Positions 23,786 to 35,334 of a stretch of 64,000 nucleotides of DNA are shown here, piece by piece (position 1 is the first letter of the stretch; each line of letters begins with the position of its first letter). Both the position numbers and the translations under genes were made by a program. The stretch is taken from positions 106,890,001-106,954,000 of the forward strand of contig NC_086108.1 in the NCBI RefSeq assembly GCF_963921235.1, in the 5' to 3' direction. Below the pieces are notes generated by a model, which did no database searches, was not told the origin of the DNA, and saw nothing but the letters and a program-made list of their open reading frames with translations. The DNA comes from Mobula hypostoma. Taxonomy: Eukaryota.

Positions 23786-23821
23786 AGTCCTGACGAAGGG
23801 TCTCGGCCTGAAACGTCGACT
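23786..23821 (+). ncRNA. Minimal type I hammerhead ribozyme of the Penelope-like element
   Basis: AGTC-CTGACGA-AGG(GTCTCGG)CCT-GAAAC-GTC-GACT: stem I AGTC/GACT, CUGANGA and GAAA boxes, palindromic ACGT stem III, predicted cleavage after C23817. Confidence 0.8.
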
Positions 23822-24894
23822 GCGCCTCTTCCTATAGATGCTGCTTGGCCTGCTGCGTTCACCAGCAACTTTGATGTATGTTGCTTGAATTTCCAGCATC
23901 TGCAGGATTCCTGTTGTTTCTGTTTTAAAAGGATGCTTCTCTATCCCGAGGCTGTGCCCTCTTGTCCTAGACTCTGCCACCATGGGAAACATACTTTCCA
24001 CATCTACTCTGTCTAGCCCTTTCAGCATTTGAAAGGTTTCAATGAGATCCCCCCTCATCCTTCTAAATTCCAGTGAGTACAGACCAAGAGCCATCAAACG
24101 GTCCTCATATAATAACCCTTTCATTCCTGGAATCATCCTTGTGAATCTCCTTTGAATCTTCTCCAGTGCCAGCTCATCTTTTCTTAGATGAGGAGTCTAG
24201 ACCTGTTTGCAACAGTCAAGATGAGACCTTACCAGTCCTTATAAAGCCTCAGCATCACATCCCTGCTCTTGTATTCTAGACCTCTTGAAATTAATGCCAA
24301 CATTGCATTTGCCTTCCTCACCACTGACTCTACCTGCAAGTTAACCTTTTGGGTGTTCTGCACGAGGGCTCCCAAGTCCCTTTGCATCTCAGATTTTTGG
24401 ATATTCTTCCCATTTATAAAACAATCTGTACATTTATTTCTTCTACCAAAGTGCGTGACCATGCATTTTCCAGCGCTATATTTCATTTGCCACTCTCTTG
24501 CCCATTCTCCTAATCTGTCTAAGTCCTTCTGCAACCACCTGTTTCCTCAAAACTACCTGCCCCTCCATCATTCTTTGTATTATCTGCAAATTTGGCAACA
24601 AAGCCATCTATTCCATCATCATTGATATACAGCATACAAAGAAACCCTTCAATTTCCTTCACATCTCTGTTCTAAATGGATGTTCCTCTATTCTGAGGCT
24701 GTGCCCTCTGGTCCTAAACTCTCCCACTATAGGAAACATCCTCTCGGTATCCACTCTACGCAGGCCTTTCAATATTTGATAGGTTTCAGTGAGATCTCCC
24801 ATCATACTTCTGAACTCCCTTTTGAGGGCCAAAGCCATCAGATGCTCCTCATACATTTTCATACCTGGAATTGTTCTCGTGAACCTCTGTTCTG

Positions 24895-25050
24895 CTAAGA
24901 AGTCTTCTGTCAAGATTTATCCCTCTGTCACCAGTGCTAAAACAGATTACCTGGCTATTATTACACTGCTGTTTGCAGCAGCATGCCTGTGTGTATATCG
25001 GCTGATATTTTCCTTACAACAATAAGACCTCTGGGACGAGTTGAAATGCA
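24895..25050 (+). mobile_element. Ancient Deu-domain SINE remnant (SacSINE1/AmnSINE1-like)
   Basis: 'atttatccctc...ctaaaacagattacctggctattattacactgctgtttg...tgtgtgtatatcggctg' resembles the Deu core as I recall it. Confidence 0.6.
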
Positions 25051-25329
25051 ACCATCGATGATTTTTTTTTTAGCCTGGTTATTTACTCGTTTATATAATT
25101 TACGATGGGACGTTCTTCCGGAAACAAGGAGTAGATTTCCTATTGTAAACTTGTGTAAACCTGTTCTCGGGCCTGTGATGTTCATTCAGGACATCGTGAA
25201 GACAAAGAACGTGTCTTTCTTTTCACTGAGTTGTAAGAAGGCAGCTTCAAAAATAATGACCCTGATATATCTGACCATCTGGGCAGAGCTGTCTGCAGAT
25301 TAAAACACAGGTGAGTAATTTAGAACAGA

Positions 25330-25745
25330 GAACACAGAATACTGAAGCGCAGTACAGACCATTTGACCCATTATGTTGTGCCGACATTATAGCCTACTCT
25401 CAGATCAACCTAACCCTTCCCTCCTACATACTCTCCGTTTTTCTTTCATCTATGTGATAAGTGTATATTAAAAGCCACGAATATATATGCCTCTACCATC
25501 ACTCCTGCCAGGGTGTTCCATGCACCCACTACTCTCTGTGTAAAGAATTTACCTCTAATGTTGTGCGCTATTCTTTCTTCCAATGATCTTGAAATTATGC
25601 TTCCTTATATTAGCTATGTTTGTCCTGGGGAAAAGATCTGTCTGCCCATTTGATCTATGGCTCTTATCATCTTATACATTTCTTTCAAAGGAGTAACCCT
25701 GACTCACTCAACCTATCCTCATAAGACATGCCCCGTATTCCATCT
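25330..25745 (-). mobile_element. CR1 3' end
   Basis: Colinear with 5095-5520. Confidence 0.65.
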
Positions 25746-25749
25746 GCAG

Positions 25750-26018
25750 ATGGTTTATTTATATTTATATTGGCATTGGTATGGATATTGGTATTGATAT
25801 TGGTATTTGTATTTATATTAGTATTTGTATTGGTATTGGTATTGGTTTTGATATTGGTATTGGCATTTGTAATGGTATTGGTATTTGTATTGATACTGGT
25901 ATCGATATTGTTATTGGTACTGATATTGATATTGGCATTGATATTGATATTGGTATTAGTGTCGCAATTGGGATTGATATTGGTATTAGTATTAGTATTG
26001 GGATTAGTATTGATATTG
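25750..26018. repeat. Degenerate (TATTGG/TATTGA)n hexamer repeat
   Basis: Direct reading; produces the artefactual ILV and IGID ORFs. Confidence 0.9.
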
Positions 26019-26019
26019 T

Positions 26020-26400
26020 AGAATGAAGTGAGGGAGGGAGAGAAGGGGAAAGAGACAGGGTAATGGAGCTGGATAAATCTGGATGAGGGAGAAAAGGGAC
26101 AGAGGAAGAGCAGCTGAAGAATTCCAATTCAACGTCAAGAGCAAAGTGCTCATAGTGCCAGCATGAAAATCACTCGGGTGAAATAGGAAGTGCTGTTCTT
26201 CTGACTTGTGTTTAGATTTAGCTTGGCAGGGGAAGAGGCCAAGGACAGACATGTCAGTGTGGAAATGGGAAGGAGAATTAAAATGACTGGGAACCTGGTG
26301 ATCCAGATGGACATGACAGATGGAGCAAAGGTGCTGGGAGGAATTGTTGCCGAGTTCAAGTCCGGTCTGGGAGAGAGTAGCCAACATTGGTGTTGGGGCA
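26020..26400 (-). mobile_element. Degenerate Penelope GIY-YIG fragment
   Basis: ORF 26004-26387 ...HFNSPSHFHTDMSVLGL...EEQHFLF, homologous to 23197-23490. Confidence 0.7.
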
Positions 26401-26509
26401 CCTAGTGGTCATCCAGAACTAAAGAACTTTCAGTGTCGAGAACCATCCCTCACAACTGAGTGTAGAAAACTGCGGACTTGTCATTCTCTCAGTGCAGATA
26501 ACTGTATTT

Positions 26510-28000
26510 CCATAAGACCATAAGACATAGGAGCAGAATTAAATTCTTCAGCCCATTGAATCTGTTCCATCAGTCATCATGGTCAATTTTTTTTCCCTCT
26601 CAACCCCATTCTCTCGGCTTCTCTCCATAACCTTTGACACCTTTACTGATCAAGAACATGCCAACCTCTTCTTTCCTCAGTTAGAAACATAGAAACATAG
26701 AAAACGTACAGCACAATACAGGCCATTCAGCCCACAAAGCTGTGCCAAACATGTGACAATGAATTCCACAGATTCTTCACCCTCTGGGTAAAGGAATTCC
26801 TTCTCATCTCTGTTCTAAAGAGATGTTCTTGTATTCTGAACCTGTGTCCTCTGGTCTTAGATTCTGCCACTACTGGAAACATCCTCTGCACATTCACTTT
26901 ATCTCGGCCTTTCAATATTCGGTGGGTTTCAATGAGATTCCACCCCGTACTCATTCTTCTAAACTTCAGTGAGTACAATTCCAGAGCTAGCGAGCCCTCC
27001 TTTCATTCCCATGATCTTTATTGTAATGCTCCCCTGAACACCCTCCTTGGCCAGCAAATGCTGTCTTCGATAAGGGGCCCAAAGCTGCTCACTGTAATCC
27101 AAGTACCATCTGGCAATTACCTTAAAAAGCCTCAGCATTGCAACTTTACTTTTGTATTCTAGTCCTCTCAAAATGAATGCTAACATGGCATTTGCCTTCC
27201 TTAACACTAACTCATTCTGCAAGTTAACCTTCAGGGAATCCTGCATGAGGACTCCCAAGTCTCTTCACACTGATGATTTCTGATTTCACTCCCCATTTAG
27301 AAAATAGTCTATGCCTGTATTCCTTCTACCAAAGTGGATGGCCATACACATCCCTACACTGTATTAGATCTACCTCTTCTTTGCCCATTCTTCTAATCTG
27401 TCCAAGTCCTTCTGCAGACTTCCTGCTTCCTCAACACTAGCTGCCCCCCCCCCACACCTATCTTTGTATCATCTGCAAAGTTAGCTACAAAGATATCAAT
27501 TCCACTATCCAGATTAAAGTAAAGTAAAGGCACCCATTAGTCTTGCAAGACCATGGACCTGCACATGGAACCATGGCACAGGCCTGGGCAAGGTTGTATG
27601 GAAGACCAGCAGTTGCCCATGCTGCAAGTCTCCCCTCTCCACGACACCAATGTTGTCCAAGGGAAGGGCATTAGGACCCATACAGTGTTGTCGCAGAGCA
27701 ATGTGTAATTAAGTGCCTTGCTCAAGGACACAACACATTCCCTCGACTGGGGCTCGAACTCACAACCTGCAGGTCGCTAGTCCAATGCCTTAACCACTTG
27801 GCCATGTGCCAGAAAGAAACAATCCCTACACTGACCCACTAGTCACCAGCAGCCAACCAGAAAAAAAACCTTTTATTCCCACTGTTTGCCTCCTGCCAGC
27901 CAGCCAATTGTCAATCCATGCTAGCATCATTGTTTAGCAGCCTTAAATGTGGCAACTTGTCATAAGCCTTCAGATAATTAGAGTAAACTGGAGAAGAAAA
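26510..28000 (-). mobile_element. CR1 copy interrupted by a SINE and a short CR1 tail
   Basis: ORFs 26727-26978 and 26959-27258 (LKVNLQ...RKANAMLAFILRGLEYKS). Confidence 0.75.
27514..27811 (-). mobile_element. Young tRNA-derived SINE
   Basis: Reverse of A box TGGCCAAGTGG and B box GTTCGAGCC; (taaag)n tail. Confidence 0.8.
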
Positions 28001-29289
28001 ATTTAATTTAGATAAACCTTTGGACTTTGAACAATGCGAATGGCAAGCTAAGAGGGGCAGATGCGCTTCTGTCTATTCAGGATCAACCTTCGTCTGGCAT
28101 TTCATCCACAGCCGTTCCAACGTGGGTGACTCTGAGTTGGCATTGCCTGATGGAGCACACAAGCCTCCATACTATGTCAACATGTTGATCCAGTGTGCCA
28201 GATTCAGTCCAGCCACTGTCTGTAAGAAGTTTGTGACCACATGGCCTTCCCCCAGTTTCCTCCACATTCCAGAGGCGCACTGGTTGGAAGGTCAAATGTG
28301 TGCAGTTGGGTAGTACTGTGTCATTGGGCCAGGAGGGCGTGTTACTGTGCTGATCATTTGCATGACGTAGGCGATCATGGTCTTTCCATAACTATGATTG
28401 TTCTTGGCAAATTTGGCGTCAGTGGTCGCACAACCAGGACTTGTGATATGCACCAGCTGCTCATAGGCATCCACCACCTGATCACCTGCTCCTATGAGTT
28501 CACATGACTGTGATTAGGTGGGGGAAAGGCCACCTAGGTGCTTCATCTTGCCTAACGGTGACTTGCAGGCTAGCAGAGGGAAGGAGCACCTTACACCTCC
28601 TTTGTTAAAGACGTACCTCCACTCGTCACCCATGAAAGACACATGTTGTGCTATATTGTTGTGTTTTCTATGTGAAATGTAAATTTTTCAGTTTATCTCA
28701 GGACATGAGACAATAATGAATAAATTTCACTTCTATGGAGAGCTATTGCACAGAAACAGCGTCCTTCAATGCAATGACGATCAAACGCTACACAAACCTA
28801 TGCCCGTACCATTTTATAAAATTCACTCCACATTTCCATCAACCCCTCCCGGATTATACCACTCAGCTACACCCCAGGAGCAGTTTACATCAGGTAGTTA
28901 ACCCCCCAACTCATACATAGAAACTGGAGCGCCTGAAGGAAATCCAGGTGATCACAAGGAGTAAGTGCCAACTCAACATAGACAGTACTCAAAGCAGGGA
29001 TTGAAGCTGCATCTCTGGCACAGTGAGGCAGCGGCTCTACCAGCTGAGTTACTCCACTTCTCTTCTATGTTCTGGGGCACAGTGGTAGCATAGCAGTTTT
29101 CATGATGATATTACAGATAATTGGAGTTTGGAGTTCAATTTTGTCATCCGCTGTGAGGAGTCTCCCCACGTCCTTCCCGGAGAATGCATGGATTTTCCCA
29201 GGCGCTCCAGTTTCCTCCCACAGCCTCGCGACCTATTTACTGATGTGCTGCACATCTAAATCCATAAATAAATAGGCATCATCATTCAA

Positions 29290-29730
29290 TTCAATTTCTC
29301 CAACTTCCAGTAATTGCACACTCTCATGCAACACTCCCCCATTACTGTTTCCCTCTCTCACCTTATATCCTTATCTTCCATTACCTCCCTCTGGTGCTTC
29401 TTCCCCTTCTTCCATGGTCTTCCACCCTCTTCTTTCAGATTCCCCCTTCTGCAGTACTTTCTCTCTTTCACCATTCAGCTTCCCTGCTCTTTACTTCAAG
29501 CTCTCCCCTTCTCCCGGTTTCACCTATCACCTACCACCTTGTACTTCTTCCTCCAATCCCCCTACCTTCTTAGTCTGACTTCTCCCCCTCCTTTCCAGTC
29601 CTGATGAAGGCTCTCAGCCCAAACCATCAACTGTTTACTATTTTCCATAGATTCTGCCTGCCCTGCTGAGTTCCTCCAGCATTTTGTGTGTGTTGCTCTG
29701 GATTTCCAGTATCTGCAGAATCTCTCGTGT
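29290..29730 (+). mobile_element. Penelope-like 3' terminus with a degenerate hammerhead
   Basis: 'ttctccaacttccagtaa', pyrimidine-rich UTR, 'cagtcctgatgaagg', 'ttccagtatctgcagaatctct'. Confidence 0.7.
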
Positions 29731-30169
29731 TTATCATTATTCATCAACGTCATTCACTGATTATCTTTTCTCTATCCTGCCTGTTATTTCCTCGCAGAGT
29801 GCCAACAAATGTGTTGGGCAATATTTCCCCTTAAGAAAACAACAGCAGGTATGCCTGGCTTCCAATTCCTTTGAAGGCAAAGGCTCGCCTCAGCACGATC
29901 CAGAATGATGATATGGACCAGTGACCAGCTGCTCCGTAAATGGAATGACCTCACTGACCGGAAGTGCAGATGTAGCTATGAGTACTTGGCCATGGAATGG
30001 CATCAGTCTTGCATTTGGATTGATTGGACAGGATGGAGTTTGTCTTCTCCGGAGCAGGGGATGCTGAGGGGATGACTCGACACAGAGATAGAGAATTATG
30101 AGGGGCATAAGTAGGGTGGATGGTAAGAAACTTTTGTTCCCTTGGTGGGGGTATCTAAAATTGAGGATG

Positions 30170-32217
30170 TGTCGGCAGGGTCAGACTTGACCCAAGTACA
30201 GAGTGAGAGACACTGAAGCAGGTCGATAGTTCACAGACTTTAATGCGAACAATGTTAAAGGGAAAAGAAAACAATAAACACTAGGCCAAACAGGGCCATT
30301 GACTAAAATACTCAAATGGAAAATGAAGCCAACACTGCAGCTGAAAAGAACAACTAAGAATAAAACGAATACCGCTAGTCTTCCGAGCCAGTTGACTTGA
30401 TGGCCCAATTTCTCAGGCAAGGCAGAATGCAGATAATGAAGTGTAGCTATGTCCATGTCCAAGTCTTGACAAGTACTACAACGGAATGAATGGAGTTAAA
30501 TACTTATCATCATTAGGTACCATGCCCAGTTTGAGCTTTGACTGCCATGGCCCTATGTAATTCACGTTCTATTGCTCCAGGTTTCTGATTTTTTCATCTC
30601 TTCTGGTATTATTCCAGTCTCATAAATGTCATTGATTAAATCAGTGAGTTTTTCAATTCCATAATCTTCAAGGGCGATAATTTGTTCTATTATTAATTCA
30701 TAATGACCTGCTGCCTTTCCTTTCTTCATCTTATTTATTCCATTACGAACTTCAGATTTTAAAATACTTGGACCTTCAATGTTTTTCTTAATTTCTGGTT
30801 TTTCGCCTTGATCGTCTTCAAACAATTCCTGAATATACTCAGTCCATCTGTTCATAGTGTCATCTTTTTCCATGAAATGGTACCATCCTTTGCTTTCAAA
30901 CATCCACCTGAAGAACAGAGGAGCTTCTTACCAGGAATATTCTTGATTTGCTGATGTAACCTTTTTGGATCAGTAATAGGGATTCTTTCTACTTGCCCAC
31001 ATTCCTGGTTTAACCATTCTTCTGTGGCTTTTTGACATAAGCTTTTAACTTTTTTATCTAAGGACTTATATTCTATAGGATTTGTTTTCTTCCATCTCCT
31101 TTCTTCCATTAGATTTTTGATTTCATCTGTCATCCATTTATTCTTTGTGCTTTTTTCTTTTTTAGGAATCACTGACTTTGCTGATTCTACCAAAACTACC
31201 TTTGGACAGTTAAACTTCATTTCTACATGATTGCTATCATCTTCAACAGATTCTATTTCTAGACTTTGAAATCTATTCCTTACTTCAATTGTAAATTTTT
31301 GTCTTAATTTTCTTCTTTAATTAATTGCAAGTAGTCAAGGGATTGTTCAGGTTTTTGCTTCTTTAGTTTTTTAAGTTTTGCTTTTACATGACATACTACT
31401 GGGTTATGGCCACTATTACAGTCTGCACCTGGATATGTTTTGCATTGAGTCACTGAGTTTCTAAATCTTTGGTTTATAGTAATAAAGTCAATTTGATTTC
31501 TAGTGTTATTACCTGGATTTCTCCAGGTCCACAAGCGTCTTGGATGGTTTTTAAAGTAGGTATTCATAATGACCTGATTATTCATCTTGTACCATTCTAC
31601 CTATTTCTCACCTCTTTCATTTCTTTCCCCTAATCCAAATTTTCCTGTGGTATTTCCATCAGCACCTTGCCTTACATTAGCATTTAGATCTCCCATGGCA
31701 ATAACAATATCTTGAGATTTGCATCCATTCTTAGCTTGTTCAAGCTCTTCATGGAATTTATCTATATCCTCATTTGTTCCATCCTTTGTTGGTGCATATA
31801 CCTGCATAATTGCTAAATCAAATGGTTGTCCTCTGAATCTAACAAGGAACACTCTTTCTGATATTGCCCAATGTCCTAAAACACCTTTTGTCATGTTTTC
31901 ATTCATAAGAATTCCTACTCCATTAGTATGGGATGTTCCACAAGAATAAATTAGTGTTTTATTTCTAATCTGACATGTTCAAGCACCTTTCCAACGAACT
32001 TTGCTAATTCCCATGATGTTACTCTTTAGTCTTTCCATTTCATTTATCACACTGTCCAATCTTCCTGTTTGATATAGGGTTCTTACATTCCAAGTGGCAA
32101 TAATTTTCTTTTGTGTTACTTGAATACTATCACAATGAAATGATAATTAGCTGACATGTGCATATTCATGAGCGCAATTGCCGAATCTGCTGTGCTGCCG
32201 AATCCATGGTTGTGACT
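30170..32217 (-). mobile_element. Solo-LTR-like repeat (30170-30504 and 32123-32217) lying in a + strand CR1 3' end and split by an RTE copy
   Basis: Begins tgtc, ends gtgac(t); CR1 sequence stops at 30169 and resumes at about 32218; no clean TSD seen. Confidence 0.45.
30505..32122 (-). mobile_element. RTE-clade LINE: APE endonuclease and linker intact in outline, RT deleted
   Basis: IATWNVRTL, QVYAPT, MGDLNA, GKFGLGERNERGE, WTWRNPG..RNQIDFI, YPGADCNSGH, KGKAAG; C-terminus AMAVKAQTGHGT* with (atg)n tail; candidate TSD aatact (30499-30504 / 32123-32128). Confidence 0.88.
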
Positions 32218-32548
32218 GTGTGTAGGTGCAATGTCAGAGTTAGAAGATTAAGAAGAAATCTAAAGGGGAATTTTATTTTTACAAAGAGAATAATTGAATA
32301 CCGGGAGATGTGTAAAGACGTGTGCTTTAATTTAAGAATTTTTATTTACATAAAGAATAATTGAAGACTGGGAAACATGGTGAAGATAGAAGTTTTAACT
32401 TAAAAAAGACACAGACAAGTATAAAAGGCTACAGACCAAATGCATGCAAAACAGAATGAGATGAGAATCAGAATCAGGTTTATTATACCCGAGGTATCTC
32501 ATTTAATAAGTTGCTTTGCAGCAGCAGTGCAGTGCAATACATAAAAAA

Positions 32549-33146
32549 TTCACTAATTTTTATAGACGCACCATAGAAAGCATTCTTCTAGGGTTCATCA
32601 CAACCTGGTATGGAAGTTGTCCTGTCCAAGATCGGAAGAAGCTGCAGAAGATCGTGAACACTGCGCAGCACATCACACAAACCAATCTTCCGTCCGTGGA
32701 CTCACTTTACACCGCACGCTGTCGGAGCAGTGCTGCCAGGATAATCAAGGACACGACCCACCCAGCCAACACACTTTTCGTCCCTCTTCCCTCCGGGAGA
32801 AGGCTCAGGAGCTTGAAGACTCGTACGGCCAGATTTGGGAACAGCTTCTTTCCAACTGTGATAAGACTGCCAGAAGGATCCTGACCCGGATCTGGGCCGT
32901 ACCCTCCAAATATCTGGACCTGCCTCTCGGTTTTTTTTTGCACACAACCTTACTTTCCATTTTTCTATTTTCTATTTATGACTTATAATTTAAATTTTCA
33001 ATATTTACAATTTTTTACTATTTTTAATATTTTTAATATTTAGTATTTGTAATCCAGGGAGTGGGAAGCGCAGAATCAAATATCACTGTGATGATTGTAC
33101 GTTCTAGTACCAATTGTTTGGCGACAATAAAGTATAAAGTATAAAA
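32549..33146 (+). mobile_element. Young Rex1/Babar 3' end nested in an older opposite-strand copy
   Basis: TNFYRRTIESILLGFITTWYG...LPSGRRLRS; CpGs retained; tail aataaagtataaagtataaa. Confidence 0.8.
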
Positions 33147-33772
33147 TTGCTATAAGTTACAATAAAATATAAATAAAAGATAAGTAGTGCAAAAAGAGAA
33201 CAAAGTAGTTAGGTGGTGTTCATGGGTTCAATGTCCATTCAGAAATCTAATGACAGAGGGGAAGAAGCTGTTCTTAAAACATTGAATGTTCTTAAAAAAT
33301 TAAAACATTAGGGTTCTGAACCTCCTCCATGATGGTAGTAATGAGAAGAGGGCATGTCCTAAATGGTGAGGATTATAATGCTGGATGAGGTATCACCTTT
33401 TAAAGATGTCCTGGATGCTGGGGAGATTAGTGCCTATGATGGAGTTGATTGAGTTTGCAATCCTCTGCAGTTTTTACAAATCTTGTGCATTGGAGCCTCC
33501 ATACCAGATGGGGATGCAATCAGTTACAATGGTCTCCACAGAACACCAGAAGAAATTTATTAGGCTTTGCTGACAAATGTACTAAATCTCCTCAAACTCC
33601 TAATAACATGGGATTGGTACAGAGAGGTACTAATGGGTCGAAGGGACCTTCTCTTAGCTGTATAACTCCATAACCTTCTGTCCTCGCCTGATCTGTTGCA
33701 GGAACTCATCTCTCCTCTTGACATTATGACAGACTGGACATCCAGTGGGAAAGGTATTCTCCTCAGTTCCAT

Positions 33773-34272
33773 ATGTAACCATATAACAATCACAGCACGG
33801 AAACAGGCCATCTCAGCCCTTCTAGTCCGTGCCGAACTTTTACTCTCACCTAGTCCCACCGACCTGCACTCAGCCCATAACCCTCCATTCCTTTCCTGTC
33901 CATATAGCTGTCCAGTTTAACTTTAAATGACAACATTGAACCTGCCTCAACCACTTCTGCTGGAAGCTCGTTCCACACAGCCACCACTCTCTGAGTAAAG
34001 AAGTTCCCCCTCATGTTACCCCTAAACTTTTGCCCTTTAACTCTCAACTCATGTCCTCCTGTTTGAATCTCCCCCACTCTCAATGGAAAAAGCCTATCCA
34101 CGCCAACTCTATCTATCCCTCTCATAATTTTAAATACTTCTATCAAGTCCCCCCTCAACCTTCTACATTCCAAAGAATAAAGACCCAACTTGTTCAACCT
34201 TTCTCTGTAACTTAGGTGATGAAACCCAGGTAACATTCTAGTAAACCTTCTCTGTACTCTCTCTATTCTGTT
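33773..34272 (-). mobile_element. Young CR1 3' end
   Basis: Uninterrupted ORF 33850-34290 IERVQRRFTRMLPG...GRWD*; (ttatatgg)-type tail. Confidence 0.88.
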
Positions 34273-34963
34273 GCTGACATCCACATCCACTCAGTATTTG
34301 TACAGCACTCTGCTGCTATGGGACACACCCAACAGCACCATCCTCTGGGGTTTAGGTGCTCCAGTTCTATGGAGTGTGAATGGCTGGCATGGTCCCTTTT
34401 CAGATGCTGGCCTGCTCCACTAATTGGCAGCAATGCTTTGGTGCCAAGATTTGGATATTTAAAGAGCACCTGAAACTGAGTATCAGGTTCAGGGCTCAGT
34501 CGTCAGCTCAACTTCGGTTCAGTCTGTGATTGCATTTAGGGTTTTGGTTTCATTTGGATTCTTATCTAGTCTAGACAGGTTCTCTTCTAGCGTCTAGTCA
34601 AGAAACCTGTTCTCATCTCAGCCTTGAAACTGTGTCTCGACTCTAGACTCAAATAAGCTAGCACTGAGACCTTAACTAGGCCACTCATCACACCTTCTTG
34701 TTTTAATCCTTTTAAGAGATGTGGCTGACTCCAATGCTGCCTGAACCAAGCTCTTCCCGGTGTTATTAGCTTTCTTCAGTTAACAGAGTGTGGCACAGTG
34801 GCGTAGCCAAAATCACAAGGCTATTACAGTGCTGGATGTAAGATCAGTGTTCAATTCCCACCATTATCTATAAGGAATTTGTACATTCTCCCCATGACTG
34901 CATGAGGTCATTTGGGTGATACGAGTTTCATCTCACTTTCCAAAGACACATGGTTAGGGTTGT

Positions 34964-35266
34964 TGGCGCATGGCCAAGTGGTTAAGGCGTTCGTCTAGTG
35001 ATTTGAAGGTCACTAGTTCGGGCCTTGGCCGAGGCAGCGTGTGTGTCCTTGAGCAAGGCACTTAACCACACATTGCTCTGCGACGACACCAGTGCCAAGA
35101 TGCATGGGTTCTAATGCCCTTCCCTTGGACAACATCGGTGGTGTGGAGAGGGGAGACCTGCAGCATGGGCAACTGCTGGTCTTCCATACAACCTTGCTCA
35201 GCCCTGCGCCCTGGAAACCTTCCAAGGTGCAAACCCATGGTCTCGTGAGACTAACGGATGCCTATA
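34964..35266 (+). mobile_element. Young tRNA-derived SINE
   Basis: A box TGGCCAAGTGG, B-box-like GTTCGGGCC; TSD-like tagggttgttg / tagggttattg. Confidence 0.8.
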
Positions 35267-35334
35267 ATGGATAGGGTTATTGACTTGTAGGGTTGTTGTG
35301 TTGGGACTGGAAGCATGGTGGCACTTGTCTGCCC

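Larger units (their letters stand above)
22477..23918. mobile_element. Fold-back Penelope-like retroelement: two inverted copies of the GIY-YIG endonuclease C-terminus and 3' terminus
   Basis: VIYCVRCSRCGLLYIGETRRRLGDRFAEH...GMNIDF on both strands; arms 22473-23136 and 23168-23833; TSD tctgttttaaaagga at 22462-22476 and 23919-23933. Confidence 0.92.
21730..24890 (-). mobile_element. Stack of CR1 3' ends; one is split by the Penelope insertion
   Basis: Repeated 'ccataaga' reversed tails at 21729, 21778 and 22212; ORFs 23780-24136 and 24229-24534 (QKDLDRLGEWAREWQMKY). Confidence 0.75.

Noticed and set aside
22477..23918. Palindrome as an assembly fold-back artefact
   Set aside because: Arms differ at several positions, are asymmetric in length, and are bounded by a TSD with the host CR1 resuming in register; read-level confirmation is still desirable
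25728..26127. Hydrophobic ILV-rich and IGID ORFs resembling membrane proteins
   Set aside because: Translation of a degenerate TATTGG hexamer repeat
2590..28000. Minus-strand bias of CR1 copies as evidence of an enclosing plus-strand gene
   Set aside because: Bias fades in the second half of the window and counts are too small
34375..34692. Possible solo LTR (tgtga...tcaca, TATA-like tatttaaa)
   Set aside because: No target-site duplication and no second copy in the window; not supportable
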